This document shows, piece by piece, positions 57,536 through 64,000 of a stretch of 64,000 nucleotides of DNA (its first letter is position 1; each line of letters begins with the position of its first letter). A model generated the notes under the pieces. The model made no database searches and was not told the origin of the DNA. It saw only the letters and a program-made list of their open reading frames with translations. Origin of the DNA: Deinococcales bacterium (GTDB taxonomy: Bacteria > Deinococcota > Deinococci > Deinococcales > JAAFIG01); NCBI GenBank assembly GCA_031414595.1, contig JANNVX010000041.1, forward strand, positions 1 through 64,000, in the 5' to 3' direction. Made by a program: the position numbers and the translations under genes.

Positions 57536-58867
57536 TTATTTCAGAACAGTTTTGAGGTAATTATCTAGATTGAGTCGCCCTTTATAGCCAAGTGTTCCGA
57601 AATAACCTTGATTAGTTGGAGTGCTAAAAGCAAAACCACTATTTTCAGGTAATTGGTAAATACTTGAATCCGCCGTCATCCATGTTTGACGAGCAATCGC
57701 ATCAGAGGTAAATGCCAATCGGTCTGCGCCTTCGCCCAATGCCAAGGCAGCCGCACCACTGGCTACAGCCGTTGCCATCGAAGTTCCAGAAGCCGAAACG
57801 CTGCGGTTTCCCGGAAAAGCAGTGATGATTCCTTGACCTGGTGCGCTTAATTCAAGGTTTGCACCATAATTTGAGAAATTTGATTTAACACCGCCCACAT
57901 CAACACTACCGACACTGATTACACTGCTCGGACCAACCGCTAAAGTGGCTGGGAAGTTCAGGGCAGCATTAAAATTACCAGCCGATAAGAAGACCGCGAT
58001 TTTTTTATTGCCTGCGGCTTGAATCGCCCGTTTGACTGGCTCAGAAAAACCATTGACACTAAGGCTAATGTTAATCACATTTGCTCCGCTCGAGACTGCA
58101 TAATTGATCGCTTGAGCCAATTTATCAGCGTCGCCAGTCCCATCAGCCCCAATCACCCGAAGCGGCAAAATAGTTGCACCGGGGGCAATTTGTAAAGCAA
58201 TCGCAGCCACGGCTGTTCCATGTCCGTTAACAGTATCATCAGGGATGGTATCATCATCTACATAGTCACGCATTTGCGAAGCGGCAACCAAAGAGCGCTT
58301 AAAAGCAGGATGATTTAAGTCAATACCACTATCAATTATAGCGATTTTAATAGATTTACCAAGTTTTGGCGCTCGGGCTTGCCCTTGTTGCAATTTAATA
58401 CTTGTCCAGTTGTTGGTATTGACTGGAATTGGCGCAAATTGACCATCTGCCCAGAGTCCTAAACTACCGTCTGCCCAGAGTCCAAGGCTACCATCCGCCC
58501 AAAGCCCTAAACTACCGTCTGCCCAAAGTCCTAAACTACCATCATTGGTGGTGACTTGATCGACTGCCAAGACATCGGCATTTGGCTCGAGAACCTCTGA
58601 TGACTGCAATCTGGCTTGTGCTGTTTGCAACTGCGAAGTCTGAAAACCAAGCACCGCATACCCTTCTTGTTGGTCAAAAATAATCACCGAAGCCTTGTGT
58701 TTTTCTTCTAAACTGGCTTGGCTGTCTAAATCTTGCAAATCAACAGTTAAAGTGTAGGCATAGCTCGGCACAGGCGAAGTTTGGGTGGCTAGGTTAGTAC
58801 ACGCCGAAAATCCAATTCCGAGTGCCGCTAGTAAGGTCAGTGTTTTTGAGTTTAAGTTCATAGTCAT
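57536..58867 (-). CDS. S8 subtilisin-family serine peptidase lipoprotein with 4x DGSLGLWA repeat
   Basis: Lipobox FSAC; catalytic IIDSG, GHGT, SGTSMA; oxyanion-hole AGN. Confidence 0.9.
   Translation of the reverse strand: MTMNLNSKTLTLLAALGIGFSACTNLATQTSPVPSYAYTLTVDLQDLDSQASLEEKHKASVIIFDQQEGYAVLGFQTSQLQTAQARLQSSEVLEPNADVLAVDQVTTNDGSLGLWADGSLGLWADGSLGLWADGSLGLWADGQFAPIPVNTNNWTSIKLQQGQARAPKLGKSIKIAIIDSGIDLNHPAFKRSLVAASQMRDYVDDDTIPDDTVNGHGTAVAAIALQIAPGATILPLRVIGADGTGDADKLAQAINYAVSSGANVINISLSVNGFSEPVKRAIQAAGNKKIAVFLSAGNFNAALNFPATLAVGPSSVISVGSVDVGGVKSNFSNYGANLELSAPGQGIITAFPGNRSVSASGTSMATAVASGAAALALGEGADRLAFTSDAIARQTWMTADSSIYQLPENSGFAFSTPTNQGYFGTLGYKGRLNLDNYLKTVLK
58442..58543 (-). repeat. 24-bp coding tandem repeat (DGSLGLWA x4 + DG)
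   Basis: Identical peptide encoded with differing synonymous codons between copies. Confidence 0.92.
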
Positions 58868-59088
58868 TCCTTATGAGAGAGTTTAGAAAACTTCATCTTT
58901 CTTAAGTCTTACAAACAACCGATTAAACTCCTAAGCGCACAATATCACGTTTGAAGTCTTTTTTTTGTTCTCAGCACACGCTTAATAACAATTTGTACAG
59001 AATTTATTGAAGGTAGACTCAGTATAAAATTTTATAAATCCCTTCGATTTACACAAGCCAATGTCGGAAATGCACACCATTTTTTGGA

Positions 59089-60174
59089 TTAAGATTGCAA
59101 GGCAGCACTCAGCAATTGGTGGAAGTGATGCACACAGGCTTCACGGGCTGGACTAAACCGCCCAGTGTTATAAAATCTCGAGCGAACCCCACGTTGTACC
59201 GCCTCAACCACCACTTCATCTTCGCGTTCAACTCGGTCTAAACCCGCCCCAGCCCCAGACTCGAGGCTACTTGCATCCCAGATATACGGTATAAAACTGA
59301 CCTTACAACGGTCATGAGATAGTGGGCGCACGACGTTAATACTGAGTCCCCACGGATAAAAATTCAGCATTATATTTGGAAACACCCAGTAGTAATAAGC
59401 CGCTATTTTCTGCCCATAATCTGGACTCGAGCGCGGCAAATCAAAAACGCTTTCACCACTGCTGGCAACCCCAAGTTGGAGATTGCACCAATCGTACTGT
59501 TCGGTGGTGTAACTGCCGTAATCTATGGCGGCGTTTAAGCTGGCATGAATATAGGGGATATGAAACCCCTCAAGGTAATTGTCGCAGTAGAGCGCCCAAT
59601 TTGCCCTGACCAAGTAATCTCGCGCCCTTGTTTGGTCAAAATAAAATTCTCGCAACGGCAACCAGCCGAGGCGGGCTTTAATCGGTGCAAGCATCGTCTC
59701 GAGACTGACGCTTGGATTGAGATTGACAAAGCCCAGTTTATCCCATGTTTCAAAAGCAATTTTAGGCAAATTGTCGGCTTGAGTCGGGAAATTCTGGACT
59801 GCTTCAAATTCGGGCATACTGTGGAAACAACCATCCAACCCAAACCGCCGCCCATGATAACGACAACGTAGAAAACGCTCTACGCCACCAGTTTCTGCCA
59901 CTAACATACCACGGTGGGTACAGACATTAGAAAGCCCGTGCAATTGGTCATTAAAATCCCGAGTCAGTAAAATCGGTTCGTCCAGACACCCTTCCAGAAC
60001 CGTGATGGGTTTCACACTTCCGGGGGCTTTTAGCTCGTCGGTATCACCAACAAATTGCCAAGACCGTGCAAAGATTTTTTCTTTAGACAACTCAAACATA
60101 CTTGGGTCTTTGTAAAAAGAACTGGGCAGTGTGGCGGCTTGGGTGATGTCTGGGTGAACCTCGAGTGATGACAT
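59089..60174 (-). CDS. Rieske non-heme iron oxygenase alpha subunit (choline monooxygenase-like)
   Basis: NVCTHRG...CRYHG Rieske motif; DNYLEGFHIPYIH mononuclear iron motif. Confidence 0.88.
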   Translation of the reverse strand: MSSLEVHPDITQAATLPSSFYKDPSMFELSKEKIFARSWQFVGDTDELKAPGSVKPITVLEGCLDEPILLTRDFNDQLHGLSNVCTHRGMLVAETGGVERFLRCRYHGRRFGLDGCFHSMPEFEAVQNFPTQADNLPKIAFETWDKLGFVNLNPSVSLETMLAPIKARLGWLPLREFYFDQTRARDYLVRANWALYCDNYLEGFHIPYIHASLNAAIDYGSYTTEQYDWCNLQLGVASSGESVFDLPRSSPDYGQKIAAYYYWVFPNIMLNFYPWGLSINVVRPLSHDRCKVSFIPYIWDASSLESGAGAGLDRVEREDEVVVEAVQRGVRSRFYNTGRFSPAREACVHHFHQLLSAALQS

Positions 60175-60178
60175 GGCG

Positions 60179-62104
60179 CTATTCTACACGCCTCAAATCT
60201 TTGGCAAAACGCACAAAAAACTCGAGCGAACTTGGGTTACTGAGCGCATCTGCATTCAGAACTTTATTGGCATCTGCGCCAAGCAGAATTTTGCGAATCG
60301 GTAACTCGAGTTTCTTACCGCTTAGGGTACGCGGGATTTCAGACACAACCAAAATTGCATCTGGAATTAAACGCGGTGATAATTCGCTGCGAATGGCGGT
60401 TTTTATGCGCTGCTCGAGGTCTGGCGTGAGGTTTTCGCCTTGGCGTAAAACCACAAAAAGCGGCATAAAAGAAGGTTTACCCATTTGCTCGAGGTCAATG
60501 ATTAAACTGTCCAGCACTTCGGGGATGCGTTCGACCACGTTGTAGACTTCGGCTGTTCCCATTCGTACACCACCTTTATTCAAGGTGGCATCGGAACGCC
60601 CATAAATAATGGCACTGCCTCGAGCCGTAATTTTGACCCAATCGCCGTGTCGCCAAACACCAGCATAATCAGCAAAATAACTCTCGAAGTACCGTTTGTT
60701 ACCCGTATCATTCCAGAATTTCACGGGCATACTTGGCATCGGCTTGGTCAGTACCAATTCGCCGACTGTCTCGAGAACGGCTCTCCCCTGCTCGTCAAAA
60801 CTTTGTACATCCGCTCCTAGACTGCGGCAGGATAACTCACCCGCCCAGACCGGACTCCATGGACTGCCCCCTAAAAAAGCACTGCATATATCTGTGCCGC
60901 CCGAGGTGCTAAAGAGTTGCAGATGATCGCCCACTTTCTCAAAAACAAAAGCAAAGCCATCCATCGAAAGCGGTGAGCCTGTGCTGCCGATAGCCCGTAA
61001 GTGTGATAGGTCAAAGGAGTTCTTTGGCTCGAGACCAAGTTTGATATTGCCATGCAGGTAAGCTGCCCCACAACCAAAAACCGTGATTTTGGCACGTTCG
61101 CACAAATGCCATAGAGCATCTGGGTTTGGATGGGTCGGTGAACCATCCCACAGCACAATGCTCGAGCCAACCAACAAGCCCGAAACAAGGTAATTCCACA
61201 TCATCCAACCGGTGGTGGTAAACCAAAAAAAGCGGTCTTTAGAGGTTAAATCAATTTGTAAACCCAAATGCTTGTAATGCTCAAGTAAAATCCCACCATG
61301 CCCATGGACAATTGGTTTGGGTAAGCCTGTTGTGCCACTCGAGTAAAGAATATAAAGCGGATGGTCAAATGGCACTGCTTCAAATTCGAGCGGGGCTTCT
61401 TGGGTCAGAAGCGAATCGAATTCTGCACCAAGGCGAATGGTTTTTTCTAAACTTGGTAAGGCATTCTCGAGGTCACTCACAAGACTGGTGCGGTCAAAGA
61501 ACTTGCCGTTATAGCTGTAACTGGTTGCCGCAAAGAGTATTTTAGGTTCAATCTGCGAGAACCTGTCCACCACGCTACCCAAACCCATCTCCAAGCTGGT
61601 GCTGCTCCAAATCGCACCCAGACTGGCGGTGGCTAAAAACGCCACAATCGCTTCGGGTGTGTTGCCAACATAAGCCGCGACCCTATCCCCTCGAGTCACC
61701 CCTAAAGAACGCAAATACGCCGCTAAACTCGAGACTTGAGACTTTAATTCTGCCCAAGAGATTTCAATGTAGTCCCCAGATTCATTCGCCGCAATCAGGG
61801 CTGGATTATCCGAATCTGAGCGTAAGCAGTGGGCGGCATAATTTAAGCTCGAGCCAGTAAACCACTGGGCATTGGGCATGATTCGCGCCTCGAGTACACT
61901 GCTATACGGTGTGCCATCCACCTTAAAAAAATCCCAGACCGATTCCCAAAAATCCTCAAGAAAATCCACGCTCCAAGTGTGCAGCGACGCATAATCCGAG
62001 AATTCAAGTCCTCGAGAAGCCTTCAAAAACGCTGCAAAAGCACTTAACTGACTCGAATCTCGAGATTCTGAGCTTGGCGACCAGAGTAATTGACCTTCCT
62101 GCAT
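60179..62104 (-). CDS. Acetoacetate-CoA ligase
   Basis: YSSGTTGLPKPIVHGHGG, TTTGWMMWN, SGGTD, WRHGD, GRSDATL. Confidence 0.92.
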   Translation of the reverse strand: MQEGQLLWSPSSESRDSSQLSAFAAFLKASRGLEFSDYASLHTWSVDFLEDFWESVWDFFKVDGTPYSSVLEARIMPNAQWFTGSSLNYAAHCLRSDSDNPALIAANESGDYIEISWAELKSQVSSLAAYLRSLGVTRGDRVAAYVGNTPEAIVAFLATASLGAIWSSTSLEMGLGSVVDRFSQIEPKILFAATSYSYNGKFFDRTSLVSDLENALPSLEKTIRLGAEFDSLLTQEAPLEFEAVPFDHPLYILYSSGTTGLPKPIVHGHGGILLEHYKHLGLQIDLTSKDRFFWFTTTGWMMWNYLVSGLLVGSSIVLWDGSPTHPNPDALWHLCERAKITVFGCGAAYLHGNIKLGLEPKNSFDLSHLRAIGSTGSPLSMDGFAFVFEKVGDHLQLFSTSGGTDICSAFLGGSPWSPVWAGELSCRSLGADVQSFDEQGRAVLETVGELVLTKPMPSMPVKFWNDTGNKRYFESYFADYAGVWRHGDWVKITARGSAIIYGRSDATLNKGGVRMGTAEVYNVVERIPEVLDSLIIDLEQMGKPSFMPLFVVLRQGENLTPDLEQRIKTAIRSELSPRLIPDAILVVSEIPRTLSGKKLELPIRKILLGADANKVLNADALSNPSSLEFFVRFAKDLRRVE

Positions 62105-62312
62105 GGCACAGTCTACTCGAGACTGAGGTTTAGTTACACATCGGTGCGCGAAAAAGCCTTACCCAGTACAAAATTACTCGAGAATCCCATGACTGCGCCA
62201 GTTAAGTACAGAATTAAGCTATTTTTTGCTGCTGCCACAGTGTCTATGATGAATTTCATGGTAAAAAACAATTTTGGGTTTAGACTGGACTTGCTTAACC
62301 CAAGGAGGTTTT

Positions 62313-63257
62313 ATGAAATTGTTTCATTGGCTCATCATTGGCGCATTGGCGCTTGTACTCGCATCTTGTGGTGGAACGCCCATCCCAGCCAAACCAAATG
62401 TGGCGGCAAAACCGGTTAGCAGCAACTTGAATGGCACAACTGCAACCGCCAAAAGAAACGGAATTCGTGGCAATGCCAAAGGTATTACTACTTTGATGGG
62501 TTTTGGACGCTTATTCAAAGCAGGTGCGCCGCTGACTCAAATGCTCAGTCAGGTCTTACCTCAATTGACCCAAACCCAAGTCATGGCAGCAACCAAAAGT
62601 ATCGGACTTGCCAAAGGTAACATGCAATTGCAAGCCGCATCAGGTTGCCTCAGTGGGACAATTAGCTCACCAATCAGCCGTTCGACCGATGCCGACGGTG
62701 ATGGTATCCCGGTTGAAGTCTTGGTGCTATTCTCTAATTGTGTCCTTGATTTAGGTGCTACACCAAATCCTGTTCTCAACGGCGCGATTTACATTAAAGA
62801 CGGCAATGATGCCAGCGCCACCAGCAGCTATACCGTGATTATAGACCTAACCATCAGCAACGGAGCAGACTCAATCAAACTTGGTCTGGGCGTAGATTAC
62901 ACTGCCCCTGCCACAATTGGTGGCGCACACGGATTCAACTTTGTAATTCAACTCAAATCAACCACGGCTGGGGTTGTTTCTGAGGTTGGCGTAGCCTTTA
63001 ATTCGACTTTTCAACCAACAACTGGAACAGACCCATTTGGTAACGGCACACTGAATTTTACTGGCACATATGCGGAAACCGCAGGCGCAGATTCTTACAG
63101 CTTTAATTTAACAGGTACAAACCTTGGAGTCGCTACAAGCTGTGATGACTTCAACGCTGGTACACTGCGGGTCGCCGATGCTGATAGTTTCTTCCAAGTC
63201 AATTACACCAGTTGCGGACATGGCACATACACAGGTGACACAACAGGCACATTCTAA
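62313..63257 (+). CDS. Uncharacterised lipoprotein, apparently related to the N-terminal domain of 26477..28579
   Basis: AGGAGG RBS, lipobox LASC; DADGDGIP...C...G.IYIKDGND motif. Confidence 0.8.
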   Translation: MKLFHWLIIGALALVLASCGGTPIPAKPNVAAKPVSSNLNGTTATAKRNGIRGNAKGITTLMGFGRLFKAGAPLTQMLSQVLPQLTQTQVMAATKSIGLAKGNMQLQAASGCLSGTISSPISRSTDADGDGIPVEVLVLFSNCVLDLGATPNPVLNGAIYIKDGNDASATSSYTVIIDLTISNGADSIKLGLGVDYTAPATIGGAHGFNFVIQLKSTTAGVVSEVGVAFNSTFQPTTGTDPFGNGTLNFTGTYAETAGADSYSFNLTGTNLGVATSCDDFNAGTLRVADADSFFQVNYTSCGHGTYTGDTTGTF

Positions 63258-63263
63258 ACAACC

Positions 63264-63297
63264 AAAGAACCTCGAGCCATTAAGCTCGAGGTTCTTT
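63264..63297 (+). terminator. Intrinsic terminator built from two CTCGAG palindromes
   Basis: AAAGAACCTCGAGC-CATTAA-GCTCGAGGTTCTTT followed by a T-rich tract. Confidence 0.85.
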
Positions 63298-63535
63298 TAT
63301 TTTTCCCCTGTGACGCATTTGTGAAACACAGGTACTTTAATCGGTGCGTATGCCAAAAATAGCATCCAAAAAAAGACATGACCTTTCTCAATGCTTAGGG
63401 AATTGATTGAACCACTGCATTTTTTGAAATTTTAACTCGAGTAGAGAAATGAGGAAGTTACTTGTGCTATCAACTGTTGACAAACGTTATAATTTGTTAC
63501 AATATGTTGGAGTCTGTAAAATTTAAGGAGGCAAT

Positions 63536-64000
63536 ATGAAAACATACTGGAAAGGTATTCTCGCAGCATCACTTTTGGGAGGGGCAACCGTGGCGGTGAT
63601 CACCTCGGTTTCGGCTCAGGGTGGCGTTACAATTCGGATTGGTTGTGGCACAGTTGGCAGTCAGCAAGCACTCTGTAAAACCGCCGCCGATAGATGGGCA
63701 GCCAAAACAGGTAACAAAGTTGATGTTGTGCCAAATGTGGCTTCGTCTAACGAGCGCTTGGCGTTATTTCAGCAGCAACTCTCGGCGGGTTCTTCGGATG
63801 TCGATGTCTATCAAATCGAAAACATCTGGCCTGGGCTGTTGGCAGACTATTTTGTGGACATGAAAGAGTATGTCTCAGAAGCTGCGCTGAAAGAGTTCTT
63901 TCCAAGTATGATTGAAGCCGATACCGTGGATGGGAAACTGGTCAATTTACCGTGGTATGGCGACGCTGGACTGCTGTATTACCGCAAAGACTTGCTCGAG
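63536..64000 (+). CDS. Sugar (trehalose/maltose-type) ABC substrate-binding protein, truncated by the window end
   Basis: AAGGAGG RBS; MKTYWKGILAAS... signal peptide; SSDVDVYQIENIWPG, LPWYGDAGLLYYRKDLLE. Not in the ORF track because there is no stop in the window. Confidence 0.88.
   Translation, partial: MKTYWKGILAASLLGGATVAVITSVSAQGGVTIRIGCGTVGSQQALCKTAADRWAAKTGNKVDVVPNVASSNERLALFQQQLSAGSSDVDVYQIENIWPGLLADYFVDMKEYVSEAALKEFFPSMIEADTVDGKLVNLPWYGDAGLLYYRKDLLE

Noticed and set aside
682-63863. Numerous short ORFs antisense to or overlapping the called genes, and extended N-termini in the ORF track (e.g. 6070, 9739, 11333, 20232, 36572, 46024, 46075, 52051, 54974, 62274)
   Set aside because: They are shadow ORFs without motifs or initiation signals; better starts are supported by RBS, leaderless -10 boxes or stop/start overlaps.

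Overview
Gene-dense bacterial chromosomal window, most likely from a Deinococcota (Deinococcales-like) organism. The taxonomic guess rests on the TilS-TadA fusion, the long-form HflX, many apparently leaderless genes and TPR-HD-GYP signalling proteins; it is inference, not a database result. Contents in order: the right end of an ISAzo13-like IS abutting mnmA; a 5-gene putative defence island (PLD-SNF2 helicase, N6-adenine methyltransferase, DUF559 endonuclease, AAA ATPase, DUF4276/Toprim-like protein); peptide ABC permeases; a nitrate assimilation cluster with nirA, a single ORF fusing nitrate reductase to a NarK-type transporter, and a small ORF copying part of nirA; a MerR-type regulator; two toxin-antitoxin pairs; a Ser/Thr kinase-STAND-TPR protein; a MoxR-DUF58-VWA-VWA operon; sugar ABC genes; an ECF sigma/anti-sigma pair; hflX with an apparent non-canonical start; tilS-tadA with an in-frame REP insertion; ilvD; a subtilisin lipoprotein with four identical octapeptide repeats coupled to a TPR-HD-GYP-degenerate GGDEF protein; a Rieske oxygenase; and an acetoacetate-CoA ligase. 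Across the window, the palindrome CTCGAG is strongly over-represented (HIP1-like), and there are several short dispersed repeat families and 21-27 bp micro-duplications. No rRNA, tRNA or CRISPR array was recognised. All calls come from reading motifs by eye.
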